Positions 41,054 through 56,732 of a DNA stretch of 64,000 nt are shown here, one piece after another. Made by a program: the position numbers and the translations under genes. Location of the stretch: NCBI GenBank assembly GCA_964016885.1, contig OZ024740.1:378634001-378698000 (forward strand), written 5' to 3'. The number at the start of each line of letters is the position of its first letter. The first letter of the stretch is position 1. The notes under the pieces were generated by a model that worked only from the letters and a program-made list of their open reading frames with translations, searched no databases and had not been told where the DNA came from. This stretch comes from Eledone cirrhosa (taxonomy: Eukaryota).

Positions 41054-42769
41054 CACCGTGTAACATATTTTTTGTTCCCCGGTTCTAAGTGTCATTTCAT
41101 GGTTTGTTATATCCCATTATTATTAAAAAAAAACACTATTATTTAATCAGAAGTTTGGGTTTGTGGTCAGGAGTTTGATATTTTGAAATTTTCATATTTT
41201 TCAAGAAAAAATACATTTAAAAAATATTTATCAGTTCATATAATTAAATCAACAGAGTATATATTTATTTTATTACACAAGCTTATCAAAAGCAAACAAG
41301 TAAAAACAAATAACACTTATAAAGCAACTTATGCACGTCAGAAATGACTGGATTTCCTGGATTTGCGGTTGTAGTCCAGGTCGCATTCCCGCACTAACCG
41401 CCAGATATAGTCCCCCATCATTTTTTCATTGTAGTGGCCCTGGTACCTCCGCTCTATCTCTTTCACATCTTGGTGGAATCGTTCGCCTTGTTCTTCTGAG
41501 TAGGCGCCCATATTGTCCTTGAATTTTTCCAGGTGAGCGTCCAGCATATGGAGTTTAAGCGACATCCTGCATCCCATGGCGCCAAAACCGTTTATCAGAT
41601 CCTGCACCAGTTGCTGGTAGTTTTCTGCTCTGTAGTTGCCCAGGAAGCCCTTAACAACTGCCTTGAAACAGTTCCATGCTGTTCTCTCAATCCTATTGAG
41701 CTTATTGGAGAACTCGGTAGACTCAAACACTTTCTTTATTTGAGGTCCAACAAAAATTCCACCTTGGGGAAGAACTCAAGAAGGTACTACTTAAAAGCGG
41801 CTGATTCTTGGTTGAGAGCCTTCACAAACTGCTTCATTAACCCAAACTTAATGTGCAGTGGCGGCATGAGCACAATCCCGGGATCAACCAGTGGCTCCCA
41901 CATGACGTTCCGGGTCCCAACTACAAATTCTGTTCGCTGCTCCCAGTTCTTTCTTTTGTAGTGGTCAGAGGTGGCTCTGTTGTCCCAAAGACAGAGGAAG
42001 CATTGGAATTTGATAAAGCCTCCTTGGAGTCCAAGCAGGAAAGCCACCATCTTGAAGTCTCCAATGATTTCCCAATTGTACTGGTTGTATTGCAGAGCTT
42101 CCAAGAGGACTTTCAGACTGTAGTAATCTTCCTTCAGACAGACTGAATGAGCTAGGGGCAGTGTCGGGAACTTGTTTCCATTGTGGAGGAGGACAGCCTT
42201 CAAACTTGTGGTGGAGCTGTCTATAAATAGCCGCCACTCCTTGGGCACAAACAATAACGTCAAACAGTCCAGGCACGTCATGGCAGAAGCAGAGGTCATC
42301 CCTAAGAGTGTAAAAGCTCGAGAAAGGTTCGTGTCGACTTCTCTGACTTGTCACCTGCCCTTCCTCCTTGACCAAGTTCCACTGCTTCATCCTGGAGACG
42401 AATGCTTAAAACAGAACTTACCCTTTATTCAGGGTGCGAAAATCCAGTATCAATAAATCTCTTTAATCCACTTTTTAACAATTTTATACGTTATTGTACT
42501 TTTATAATTTTCTTTAGGTATTACTCTTTATTTTATAATTTAAATTTAACCTGAAACATATATAAAAAAATCATTTAACATAAGCAAATTAAACTTACAT
42601 ACAACGTAAAATCCAGCATACAAATAATTCTAGTGAATAGCTTAGAATTTTTACAAACCCCAACTTTTAACTGTTTAATAGCACTTTTTTTTTATTTGGG
42701 ACCTAAGCAACACAAAAAAAAGTAATTACAAGCCAGGAACAGAGAAAACATTTTTTATGTTACACGGTG
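41054..42769 (-). mobile_element. Chapaev3-like (CMC superfamily) DNA transposon, internally deleted and frameshifted transposase
   Basis: TIRs CACCGTGTAACATA / TATGTTACACGGTG; TWA flanks (TTA, TAA); WRLFIDSS..SLKAVLLHNGN, CFLCLWD, PPLHIKFGLMKQFVKAL, MSLKLH..SEEQGERFHQD. Confidence 0.85.
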
Positions 42770-43053
42770 TAATTTAAAGTGATATAGTAATGGAAAATGA
42801 ATTTCTGGCTTTGGTTGACAAGATGGTGTGCATTGTAATAAGTGGGAGAAAGAATGACGCATCTTTCACCGAAAAGAAGTAAGTCACTACTTTAAAATGA
42901 TAGCGTAAGGTCTTCAAAATGTTTTTAATTAAACATACGGTATATTGCCAAATATATTATGCATACATTCATGTATACATCGCTATTTACAGAACACCAA
43001 TCCTAATATATATATATGTATAATTAGATATTCTTGTAAATGCACATATGTGG

Positions 43054-43084
<31 letters not shown>

Positions 43085-43159
43085 TGTATGTATGTATGTA
43101 TGTATGTATGTATGTATGTATGTATGTATGTATGTATGCATGCATGTGTGTACACATGT

Positions 43160-43328
43160 ATGTGTGCCTGAGAAGTTCGCGCAATAGGTTATCGATTCTC
43201 ACTGAAAAGACGTCAGATGTTAAAACGCCTAAAAATTAATATTTATATGTATTTCTATTTCACGTTTGACAAATATTGAAACATATTGCAGTTGATAAGG
43301 AGACTTTGCAATAAATATGTATGCCTAC
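43160..43328 (+). repeat. Short microsatellite-flanked dispersed repeat (second copy about 47830-47968), pLTR-like
   Basis: Shared ATGTTAAAACGCC.AAAA.TTAATATTTAT...TTCTATTTCAC...GAAACATATTGCAGTT.ATAAGG.GAC.TTGCAATA.ATATGTATGCCT. Confidence 0.7.
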
Positions 43329-43772
43329 ATACACACATACATGCATACATACGTACATACATGCATGCATACATACGTACATACATATATATATATATAT
43401 TGTGTGTGTGTGTATGCGTCGTTTGTAACGGTGAGTGCGCCTGTTTCAATCAGCAGAACTGCTTGCTCAGTATATTAATGTGTGAGTGGTGAGTATTCCA
43501 CATACACATCTAACATAGCTCGCAGGGAGATTCAATATGAAACAAAATGTGATAGAAGTGCAGCCTTTAATTACAGGTGCAACTAATTTTTGCCAGTCGA
43601 ATGGTACAGGAAATAAAGTGTCTTGCGCGTGAGATAAAGTGTCTGTCGTCCTTAAAATCAAGTGTCTTGCTCAATGCCCAAGGACAAAACGCGTCACTCG
43701 TTCCAGGTATTGAACTCTTGCCATTACTATCGTGAACCAAACACCATAACCACTAAGCCACCCGCATTCAAA

Positions 43773-43895
<123 letters not shown>

Positions 43896-44282
43896 AAATG
43901 TACTATCTCCACTATCCAAGAAGCTCCAACCGTTAAGGTTGTCTTTTTTTTTCCAACCAAATCTGTATTTTATCTGATGAAAGCGCACCATAATTTACCT
44001 TGGTTGCCCTTGAAATATGTATAATAAAATAAATATGGTTTTATAAATATAGTTTCCATTTATTAATATATTGTATATATATATATATGTAGCAATGGTA
44101 AACTGTGTTAAGCTGGTTTATTCGTTTCTATGCTCAGATCTTAGTATATAGATTTATTCCTATATACTATAATACAGCTTAATGTAATCCTTCCGTTTAC
44201 CATTTTCTTCAATTTTAATTTGTTGAAATATGTGTAAGACTAATCAAAATGTCTTAAATTCCTTCACAATTCCTGTATTTAT

Positions 44283-44324
<42 letters not shown>

Positions 44325-44340
<16 letters not shown>

Positions 44341-45196
44341 TGTGGTTGTCTGTCTGTCTATCGATTTTTGGCACACATCTCCTCTTAGAATCTCTCACGG
44401 AATTGCACCGAAATTGCTATACTTGTACATTGAGCCCTAGCGAAGACATCGGAAAAAAAATATTTCAAATTGACCCACCCTATGTGACGAAATCGAATAT
44501 AATGTATCGATTTTTGAGCGTAAGTTATCAGTTATTTCCCTTTGTTCTGTTTACATTGAGCGTCTTACGTAAAAAATTACGCTGGCTTTCTCAGCGTTTA
44601 AAATGACATATTGACCTGCAAAATTCATCAGTTCGAACACTAAGCTTCCGTTTTGCTTCATTTCCATTTAAAAGCATTTTAAAACAATATTTTTACTTGA
44701 AAACAAGTCTATTTAAAGACTACGTAAAACAAGCAAATATTTCGTCGTTAGGCGTGCAGACAGACAGTCGTGTAGACAGACAGTCGTGCAGAGAGGTGAT
44801 ATAGGCGTGCAGACAGACAGTCGTGCAGAGAGGTGATATAGGCGTGCAGACAGACAGTCGTGCAGAGAGGTGATATAGGCGTGCAGACAGACATAACTGA
44901 TAATTTGGTTACGCTAATGTTTTTCTCTGCGTTGCAGTGTTTACATTTTCGATCTTTGTTAATAAATAACCAGTGCAGTTTCTATCCCCAGCATCCTCTT
45001 TTGTTATAACATTCGGGTTATCGTTGTTTTCTTAACTTCATAAGGCATATTGTTGGTTGAGGGAATATTAATCAAAAACACCACATGCAAGTCTGCACAG
45101 TAGACACTACAGTTTTTAAGCCAAAAAAGAAACTTAACATTGTAACTTTAACACAGCTACTGAGCGACCCCGAGCAACGCCGGGCTTTACTGCTAG
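44325..45196 (+). mobile_element. Non-autonomous Helitron with internal minisatellite of about 37 bp (44750-44892)
   Basis: 5' TATATAAAA...GTCTGTCTGTC; 3' hairpin CCCGAGCAACGCCGGG then CTAG|T at 45193-45197. Confidence 0.85.
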
Positions 45197-45250
45197 TATA
45201 TTATAAAGGAAACGAAAAATCAGTGATGCATCTGGACTTAGTTTATTTCC

Positions 45251-45337
45251 TGTTACAAATGTTTCGCCGGCATGTAGCTCGAGTCATGGCCCTTGTATGG
45301 ATCTGGCTGATTCTACTTCTGCGGGTTCTTTCAGACA
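45251..45337 (-). ncRNA. Hammerhead-like motif next to a 49-bp palindrome (45344-45392)
   Basis: Minus: TGT-CTGAAAGA-acccgca...tgccggc-GAAAC-attt-GTA-ACA then AATAAA. Confidence 0.45.
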
Positions 45338-45465
45338 CGGGTCTTACGTCCGGAGTAAATTTTATCAGTGATAAAATTTGCTCCGGACGTAACACTACTC
45401 TGATGAATATCGAGTGCTAATTTTGGCATACCGCCTATGGAAGCACCATAGCTACCACTACACAC

Positions 45466-45524
<59 letters not shown>

Positions 45525-45526
<2 letters not shown>

Positions 45527-46790
45527 TCGTTTCTGAATTTGTTTAGCAAGATTCTTTATCTGAAAACGTGTGTTGAAACCGATATTGTTATACTTTGGGA
45601 GGGTCATGTTGCCAATAAGAAACACACGCACCAGTTGCTTTCACTTCAATTTATTATAATAAATTTATAAATTAAGAAATTTATAGATTTCCGGTTGGTT
45701 GGTTCCACAACCGGATGGTTGTTTATATATTGTCAAAGTTCTTTCGTCACACATTCTGTGACCTCTTCAGTGACTGGGGATTCTTTTCTTTGTTTTTGTG
45801 CCTCTCCTTTGTTCTGTCCTACGCCATTTTGTTTCTGTGTGTTGTGTGCTCCGTCTGCGCATGCGCCACATCCGGGTGTCTGTGTGTTTATATTCGTTTA
45901 TTTATTTGTTTATTTAGATGTTACAGGTTGGTTGTTTGTTCTATGTGCGTGTGTGTTTTCATTTTGTCCTTAATTGTAAGTTGTGATGTTGCTGTTCCAC
46001 TCATGTTTTCTATTTAATTTTGGTTGTAATTCTTTTATGTTTATTGCCTCTGTGATTTGTCTAAACATTGCGTCTTTTCTGTGTGTAGATTCTATTTTTA
46101 TTTCTATGTTCTCTAATTTACCCTTATGTTCTATTTTAGCATGTTGGTAGAGTACAGATGATTCTTTACTATCTTGAAGGTCTCGCCACTGTTCATTTAT
46201 CCGTTCCCCTACACTACGAGCTGTCTCATCTATGTACACTATATTTTTGTCTCTACATTGTCCTTCAGTATATCTTATGCTATATACTACATTTCTAGTT
46301 TTACAGTTAATATGGGGGCTTAATTTACAGGTTATACATTTCTTATCTATACAGGGGTTCTTTGAAAAGGGTATGTCTTGCTAATAAGTGTTTTTACGGA
46401 GGTACCTGGTCTTTCTACTATCTTAATATTGAGTTTATGTTTATCTAGGGCCCTTCTAAATTTGTAAGCTAATTCACCTCTAGGGGTTGTATCGATGAAC
46501 ATTACACTCTGGTATTTATTGCTATCATACCATGAGTTTATTCTATTAGTCTTATTCCTAGTTCTTTCTATTCTATTCCAAAATTTGCTCCTATACAAGG
46601 GGCAGGTCCCATTTGTGTCATTATTTACCATTTTTTCCCATTTGGTTCTGGCTCCTCTATACACTCTGATTTTATCTCTCTGATTGTAACCAGAGAACTG
46701 CATACGGTGGATGAAGTGTTGTATGTGTCTCTCTAGTTCTTCGGGCTTGCACATGCGGGACACGTTTCTCATCACCCGTACCAAATCCGC
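45525..46790 (-). mobile_element. 5'-truncated PLE (Neptune-like): RT thumb, GIY-YIG, pLTR
   Basis: RMQFSGY, MFIDTTPRGELA, IKIVERPGTS, YIDETARSVGERINEQ...RQITEAINI...LNRKHEW; flanked by (TA)n on both sides. Confidence 0.87.
45732..45774 (-). ncRNA. Minimal type I hammerhead ribozyme in PLE pLTR
   Basis: Stem I GTCA/TGAC; CTGAAGA; G; stem II GTCACA-gaatg-TGTGAC; GAAAG-aa-CTT. The sister copy at about 48220 has palindromic GAAAGATCTTTGAC. Confidence 0.75.
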
Positions 46791-46865
46791 AATATATATA
46801 TATATATATATATAAATATAAATTGAAAGGGACAAAGCTGTGTGGTTACTAAGAACGAGTGTTTA

Positions 46866-47816
<951 letters not shown>

Positions 47817-47966
47817 CTATCTACGTACGTATGCCTGGAAACGTTCTCACAGAAAGGACGTACTATGTTAAAACGCCCAAAATTAATATTTATGTGTACT
47901 TCTATTTCACACATATCGAAACATATTGCAGTTTATAAGGCGACATTGCAATATATATGTATGCCT

Positions 47967-48021
<55 letters not shown>

Positions 48022-48164
48022 GTACATTTGAATAATACAAGAAGCATTAGGAAACTTGAATATATAGTTGTCACAGTGTAGATGACTATAATAATTTCAA
48101 ATTTCGTTTTAGTTTGGTTTTATTTACTCCAGAAATATGGAGTAAATAAATCAGAATCAAACGA

Positions 48165-48375
48165 ATAGTAGACACAGAGTGGCGCAAATAGTAGTTGAAA
48201 AGGGAACAGAATATGTGATGAAAGATCTTTGACAATTAATAACCATCCGGTTGCTTAACTAACTGAGCAATGGATTAGTCACCTGACTTCTATCTGTATT
48301 TTTTCTTTTTTTGACAACATGACCCTCTTAACGAATATCTGTTTCAATAGAAGCTTTCACACAATGAATCTTGCA

Positions 48376-48380
<5 letters not shown>
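48165..48380 (+). mobile_element. Degenerate solo pLTR of the 45525-46790 PLE family (another fragment at about 10190-10250, minus)
   Basis: GAAAGATCTTTGACAA..AACCATCCGGTTG...CAACATGACCCTC...GAATCTTGC.AAACAA then (TA)n. Confidence 0.72.
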
Positions 48381-48457
<77 letters not shown>

Positions 48458-48460
<3 letters not shown>

Positions 48461-51400
48461 TAAACAAACTTTATTCAGTTGTAGCTACAGAAGAAACGGA
48501 AATTATAAATCGCATTTCTCTTGGAGTTGCGAACTTAATGATGATTTATTTAATTGTTATAAAATGGCAAAAAAAAAACAATCCCTCCATTGGCTACACT
48601 GGGACGAAATGCACCCTGAGCTAAATTATTTCACAGCGAAACAATTACGCCAACAAGCGACGTTTATTGAACGCAAAAATAAGATAAATATTATTAATTG
48701 TAAGTCCCCAACAACAAACATGGGATCAACAACACGTGCTACAGGTCGCCATGCTACTAGACTTCCTAGCAGCCAGGTCGAACAGTGCCTTGAAACAACT
48801 ATGCCTGTAAGAAACTTGACACCACATGTACCATCTAAGTCTACCTCGAATGCTGGGGAAAACACTATCGATAATAATAATAATCGAAGAAATTACATGC
48901 AAACAAATACAAAAAAAACTCACTCCTCACCAACAAAGGGTGAAAAATAAAAAAGAGACGATGTTTGGTAACAGTAGAACCAGAACACTTCAATATAAGC
49001 TGATCACCCGCAAACAAGAATTGAGAGCTGTTAGCGAAAAAACGCCGATACCTGAAGAAGGTAGATGAAAGAAAAGTGCTTAATAAAAGATTCAGACGAA
49101 ACCAAACATCAGTCTATAGAGATATGAAGAACAAAATAATAAGTGTCACTGAGGCCCCATCCCAGAAAGATATTGATTCCTTTTTGGAGAAAAATATGGG
49201 GTGAAAAGAAGGATTTCAACCAAGATGCAGTGTGGCTGAAAGAAATCCAAAAGAACTATTGCTCCTACACTACAACAAAAATATACGAAATAAGTGAGGG
49301 TACCCTTGAGACTGTAATAGGAAAACTCCAAGATAAGAAAACACCAGGAAGAGACATGATTGTCGGCTACTGGTACAAAAAACTGATATTCTATCGGAGG
49401 TATCTTACTGACCTCTACCAACAAGTTCTTATACCAGAATGGTTGACATTAGCACAAACATTACTGGTCCCCAAGAACAAAGACACCCACTTGGCAAAAA
49501 ACTACCGACCCATTGCATGCCAGAACCTGATGTATAAGATGTATACAGCCTGCCTGAACCTATTCCTCCAAGATCACTGTGAAAATAATAACATCATCAC
49601 AGATGAACAAGCAGCTGGAAAGAAAGAGGTTTGGGGATGTGCTGAACAACTCCTAATCAACAAAACTGCGGTGTCGGAGGTGCGACAACTTAGGACGAAT
49701 ATGGCTACAGTCTGTCCGGACTACAGGAAAGCTTTCGATTCTGTTCCACACTCTTGGATGATAGAGGCCCTCCAACTTGCTAAAGTCCCAGACATTATTA
49801 TCAGATCCATAGAGAAACTGTCTTTTTCTTGGGCTACTATCCTAAGGTTAAAGACAGAGATGGAGGACTCTATTTTCACTGATAAAATAAAATATCGCAG
49901 TGGTATATTTCAGGGAGACAGTCTCTCTGTGATATTATTCATCCTGTCATTAAACCCCTTGTCCTTTCTGGTCAAGAAATGTGAAGGATACATCATTGGC
50001 TCACAGGAGGACAGAAATACGAACCTAACCCACAATTTCTTTGTGGATGATCAGAAACTCTATGCCAAGAACATAGATGGGATGAAGAAAAATCTTGACT
50101 TGGTACCAACGTTCTCAAAGGATATAGGAATGGATTTTGGCCAAGATAAATGCTCATATATGACTGTAAAGCGGGGAAAAACAACAACCCAATCTAACAA
50201 CATTGTCATCAATGGCCTAACTGTTTCACCGATATCTGATGAGGACTGTTATTGATACCTGGGGATAGATGAGAACATATCCTATAATGGTATCTGTAAT
50301 AGGGAACGCGTAACCAAGGAATACTACACCCAATTAAGAAAGATTTGGTCATCGGAACTCTCTGCGCAAAACAAAACAGTGGCTCACAATATGTTTGATG
50401 TGCCTGTCCTAACACCAACGTTTGGAATACCCAATTGGACGATAGATGAAATCCGAGCAGTTGATGATATAATTCTAAAAATACTGAACAACATCGGAAA
50501 CTTCCACATCAATAGTAACATAGACCGCCTTTACTTGAAACGTAAGCAGGGAGGAAGAGGCCTAACATCAACCCAGACAGCATTTGAATGTCGCATTATA
50601 TCTCTCCGACAACATCTACGAATCTCGAAGCGTAGGAGCCGTCTCTCGAGCAAGTCTATTTGCATGAAACAGATAAGATCATGAGAGTTGGGAAGGAACT
50701 CCTCGAGAGATATTCCCTGTGTGATAATCAAAAACTCACACCCAGAGAAGTCGCTCAGCAGTATCGCAGTGAATCCATGGATGAAAAACTGCATGCTTAT
50801 CAGCAAAAAATCATGCATGTATATGTTGCCAGGAAGCTCCAGAGTGAGAGTAATATAGATAAAGAAAGTAATCTATCTTGGACCAACAGTCGCTATATTG
50901 GCTCCCACTTTGAAGGATACGATTTTGCAATCCAAGAACAGGAAATTAACACGAAATACCTGATTCACAAAAGAGAGGGAAGCAGGCAAAACACCTAGAT
51001 GTGATAACAAGTGCAGACACTGCAGAATTAACATCGAAGATGTCACCCATGTCATAAGCAGCTGTCCAAAGATGTCATCGCGGTACTATCTACCTATGAG
51101 GCATGATGTAGTGGCCAAAACACTGTACAATGCAATCCGTAGAAAAGATAGCCCCGATAATAAACACATTAAAAGCTACAACAATGTGGAAGACATCCAT
51201 ATACATAATATGAAAGAATACTGGTGGAATGTTCCAGTAAAAACCCCAATAAAATGCAGGCATAACAGACCAGATATTATGATATGGGGCAGGGAAGAGA
51301 AAGCATGCACAGTAGTAGAAATTAGCTGCCCAGCAGGTGCCAATATAATATCAAAAATTAGCGAAAAGGAGAATATTTATGAAGAACTGATGAGAAATCT

Positions 51401-51720
51401 ACAGATACTCCACCCTGATTACACCTTCAGATTTACGCCTGTGATTATTGGGGCACTGGGGTATGTTAGTAACTGCCCCAATACAAATCTTGAGAAGCCT
51501 AGGCTTCACAGGAACAGAAAGAACACAACTAGTTAGGAAATTACAAGTACAATCCATTAATGGAACAGTAACAATATGTAAAAGATTCCAAAAATGTTGC
51601 ATCTAATAACTGCATATACACATGTACAGATACAAAGCATATACACATGCACACATACAACTCAAAACATCCACATCCACACATACAATAACATCCATAT
51701 CTACACATGCATGCATGCAT
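48458..51720 (+). mobile_element. R4/Dong-group RLE non-LTR retrotransposon, decayed
   Basis: NYRPIAC, DYRKAFDSVPH, GIFQGDSLS, FFVDD, GGRGL, CRHC...HVISSC, RHD...NRPD...E (RLE); stops and frameshifts; CATA-rich tail. Confidence 0.92.
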
Positions 51721-51764
51721 ACATAATCTACCTAGTTGATGTTGTGTAAATTCCAATGGGAGTG

Positions 51765-51851
<87 letters not shown>

Positions 51852-53322
51852 GGATACTATTTATGGTTATGTATATACTAAAACTTTTTATAGTTATATA
51901 TATTTTAAACCCTAAACAGTGAAGGTCAATAATTTATTACTACCTTATTACCAGTAAGATAAATAGCTCAATGTAATAACATCAGTTGTTCTACAGAGCA
52001 GTTATATAGAATTCACAAGAATCAAAGCTATGTTCAAAGCATTTATTCACTTACAATTGTTTCATCCAAACCTAGGCTTGGAGTCTTCGGAGCATTTTTT
52101 AATGTTTGTACACATAATTGACCTCCTTTCCAACGCAAGAGACATACAGGTACATATGTATATATTGATGTACAGTGGAGTGACATATATTATATTATAT
52201 TATTTCTGTATAGCAATTCAAAGTCAAAATCAAAATCAAAATTAAAATTAAAACAAAATTAAAACAAAATTAAAATACATTCGGCAGTTAACATAGATAA
52301 TGCAAGAGGATAGTTTGTTAGTCAGATGTAGTAGTTATTGTATGTGTTAGTTACACGTGGGGCATGCACGTGTGTCTCATTTATATATGATTATTGTGTG
52401 GCAGGGTGTTACATGTAATACAAGCACTTTAAGCGGGTATTATGGAGGTTGTAGTGGTAAGGTATGTTTTGTATATAATAAAAAAGTATGTGTGCAGAAA
52501 AATAAAAATAAAAAGGAGAAGCAAAAGAAAGTTATGGTTTTCGTATCCACCACCATTTTCACAATCAGGAAATGTAATATATAGTTTATACATCCATCAC
52601 ATAATTAACGATGATTCCGTATTGGATGTTTGATGCATTAAATTAAATTATTTTAGCTTATTGCGGCTCAGTGTTCTTTAATCCAATGGTATAGAGTAGG
52701 TTGTTTCTGCTGCGAGAATTTACATCGGTTTATTATCCGGAAGTATGTGTGTAATTAAGGGGAGTTAATGTGTAAGGGGAGGTAACTAGCTGATTTCCAT
52801 AACTAAATTTATTGTTCTAACCTACATTATAAGGTGTCTCAATTGAGTCCCTTATATAGACGGTTATATATTTATATTCAGTTTCCAATTTTAAATACAG
52901 TCTACTCTATCATGATGTACTAAAGGTATTTATATTAGGATGATTACTCCCCATCATAGAGTGCTACAACTGAATATTCCATACAAAGAGCCATATCTTT
53001 ATATCAAAGTTCTTTGCAAATGTAGTCTACTCACAGAACATGTCAGGGGGCTTATTAGAACTATGTCTACATAACCCCTGGTAAGTTCTGGAGCAGCGTA
53101 TGGCTGTTTGCATGGCAAAGCCAAATACATCTCTAGGGCAGACAAAAACATCCCTCATTTACAATGTCATTAATCTATCCATCAAGTTATACTTGCATAT
53201 ATAACTCACATACCATTCATACATAATTCATTGCACTCAACATATAGGTTATACAGATCTCTTATGTTAATAATTTAATCTTATATATATCCAATGTTAT
53301 CACTCCATATATATATATATAT

Positions 53323-55830
53323 ATAACTTTGAATAACTTTGAATAACTTTGAAATGTTTTGGCCAGTATTGGCCCAGGCCATGTCTAACTTAATAGCACC
53401 ACCTGGCGAAGTCTTTCAATTCAGGATTTGGGCACCATGGCCCATTCGAGAAGAGAATTACTGTTTGCGGAGACATATCCGGGTGTGGGTGGTTTGTCCG
53501 GGATTACTTGGAGGAATTTGTCCAAAGACTTCTTGAATTTTGTGTGGTCAGTTTCTGTTTTGACGTGTCCTGGTGTGATGTTGAAGAGAGCAGGGCCGAT
53601 TGAGGTGAAATAATTGTGCCGTATTGTTGTTATGAGTTGCGATTTAGATTTTTGAATGGGACGGATAGCACGGGGCCCAAGCCTTGGGTGTATCTTGAAG
53701 GCGATGCCAACATCATTTGGGCAGTGATGATGGAACATTTTCCACATCATGCAGATAATATAACGCTCACGGCGACGTTGGAGTGAGTAAAGTTTCAGGT
53801 TTTCCAATCGACCCCAGTAGTCAAGGTCTGACATGCCATCTATCTTTTTCGTGATTGCCCTTTGAGGAGCTTCAAGTTTCATGATACTTTGTTTCGTGTG
53901 GGGAGACCACAGTGGACAACAGTATTCAAGGTGTGGTCGGGCGAAAGTAGAGAAGAGAAGGATAATGGTGCGGGAATCTCTCGACTGGAAGGTTCTGAGG
54001 ATCCAGGAACACATTCTGCGGGCCATGTCAACTTTGCTGCTTATATGCGTGGTCCAGCTTATGTTGCTGTCCACGGTTACTCCCAAGTCTCTGATGTTGT
54101 TAGATGCCACGAGAGTTTCCCCGGAGGGAAGGGAGTACGGGAGTTTCAGAGCATCCTCTTTTCCAAAGTGGATCAGTTCGAATTTGTCTTCGTTCAGTAA
54201 CATGTTGTTCTTTTCTGCCCATTGGGTAACAGCCAGTAGGTCTGACTGAAGGCTTATCCGGTCATCCACGCCATTGATGACCTTTTGGAGCTTGGAATCA
54301 TCAGCGAAAATTTTAATGTTGCTGTGTTTGATGATGTCAGTGATGTCATTAATATAGATGATGAAGAGAAGTGGGCCCAACACAGTGCCTTGTGGGACTC
54401 CACTACTGACTTTGGCTGGGCTTGATTTGACTCCCTCAACTACAACATGTTGGGTTCTGTTTGACAGGAAGCTCTTGATCCACTGCAGCAGCTTTCCAGT
54501 GACACCAATATTGGACAGCTTTCTCAGTAGAATGTTATGATCAACCCTGTCAAAGGCCTTGCTGAAATCAAGGTAGATAACATCAGTGTTGGAACCCTCT
54601 CCCAAGGCTCTCAAAATGTCATCAAAGTGATGCAGTAGTTGCGTCAGGCAATCCCTTCCATTACGGAATCCATGCTGGTTGGAGTTCAGCATATTGTTAC
54701 TCTCAAGGAAGTGGGTCATTCGCGATCTCACCACTCGCTCAAATACCTTAATGATATGAGAGGTGAGTGAGATTGGACGGTAATTCACGGCAAGGGATTT
54801 GTTTCCCTTTTTGAAAACTGGGACAACAGACTGGGATAGAAGGTTTTCTGGCACATATCCAGCATCCAGTGAGTTCCGCCACAGATTGGCAAGAGGAGAA
54901 GCAAGTTGGTGTTGACACGCCTTCAAGACACAAGCAGGGAACCTATCGGGACCTACTGCTGAATTATGCTTGATTTCCTTTATTGCCGCCAAGACATCAG
55001 GGGCGCCAAACGTTATGTCCGATAAGGTGTAATGGGGAGTAACATCGCCGATACAGCCCAGATCGGCCATATCAGGATTGCTGAAAACAGAGCAGTATTG
55101 TTTCTGCAGTATCTCACCCATGGTTTTAGCATTGTCTTGAAGAGTGCCATTTTCATCAATTAGAGGGCCAACAGTAGAGCCAGTGATTTTGTGTTTTTTT
55201 GCAAATGAAAAGAACACTTTGGGATTGAGTTTGATCTTCTCAATGGCCCAGGCCTCTTCAGCTCTTCTCTGATTGTTGATGAGGGACATTATGTTGTTTT
55301 GGAGGTTATGTTTTTTAATCTCTAGTGATGAAATGGCAGTCAAGTTGATGTGTTGCTGCTGACAGTATTTCAGATTGTTGATTTTTTTGTTCGTTCTCTT
55401 AATTTTTCTGATGAGCGTTTTTCTATTTCTAGGGATTCTGCTCTTAGATTTGTTTATAGTTCTTAATGGGGTGTGTTTAGCACATATGTTTGTAACAGTG
55501 TCCACAAATGTCTGCCAGGACTTTTTGATGTTAGTGGGTGTATGAGTGTGCGTGAAGGACCAGTCGACATGTGCAAGATCATGACTGATCGCTTCCCAGT
55601 TTGCATTGTGGAAATCCATAGCGTCAAACGGATGGACAGGAGAAATGACATTGGGTTTGTATATTGGACGGTGGAATCTCAGATCACAGAGAACCATGTC
55701 ATGATCAGAGAGTAGAGTTTTCTCCACTGCAATATTGTGGATATTGTCAGTGTGATTGCTGAAAATTAAGTCTAGGACGTTTTTGTGGCACCTCGTTGGT
55801 TCGAGCACTAGTTGGGATAGGAAGAAATCT
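53323..55830 (-). mobile_element. Young 5'-truncated CR1/L2-group LINE with (TCAAAGTTAT)3 tail
   Basis: Open frame from the APE C-terminus (LDLIFSN, SDHDMV) through complete RT; (TA)n on both sides. Confidence 0.95.
53421..55829 (-). CDS. LINE ORF2 (partial APE endonuclease plus intact reverse transcriptase), N-truncated, about 800 codons
   Basis: Non-repetitive part of ORF 53421..56654: [37 protein letters not shown]; no stops. Confidence 0.88.
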   Translation of the reverse strand, partial: DFFLSQLVLEPTRCHKNVLDLIFSNHTDNIHNIAVEKTLLSDHDMVLCDLRFHRPIYKPNVISPVHPFDAMDFHNANWEAISHDLAHVDWSFTHTHTPTNIKKSWQTFVDTVTNICAKHTPLRTINKSKSRIPRNRKTLIRKIKRTNKKINNLKYCQQQHINLTAISSLEIKKHNLQNNIMSLINNQRRAEEAWAIEKIKLNPKVFFSFAKKHKITGSTVGPLIDENGTLQDNAKTMGEILQKQYCSVFSNPDMADLGCIGDVTPHYTLSDITFGAPDVLAAIKEIKHNSAVGPDRFPACVLKACQHQLASPLANLWRNSLDAGYVPENLLSQSVVPVFKKGNKSLAVNYRPISLTSHIIKVFERVVRSRMTHFLESNNMLNSNQHGFRNGRDCLTQLLHHFDDILRALGEGSNTDVIYLDFSKAFDRVDHNILLRKLSNIGVTGKLLQWIKSFLSNRTQHVVVEGVKSSPAKVSSGVPQGTVLGPLLFIIYINDITDIIKHSNIKIFADDSKLQKVINGVDDRISLQSDLLAVTQWAEKNNMLLNEDKFELIHFGKEDALKLPYSLPSGETLVASNNIRDLGVTVDSNISWTTHISSKVDMARRMCSWILRTFQSRDSRTIILLFSTFARPHLEYCCPLWSPHTKQSIMKLEAPQRAITKKIDGMSDLDYWGRLENLKLYSLQRRRERYIICMMWKMFHHHCPNDVGIAFKIHPRLGPRAIRPIQKSKSQLITTIRHNYFTSIGPALFNITPGHVKTETDHTKFKKSLDKFLQVIPDKPPTPGYVSANSNSLLEWAMVPKS

Positions 55831-56732
<902 letters not shown>

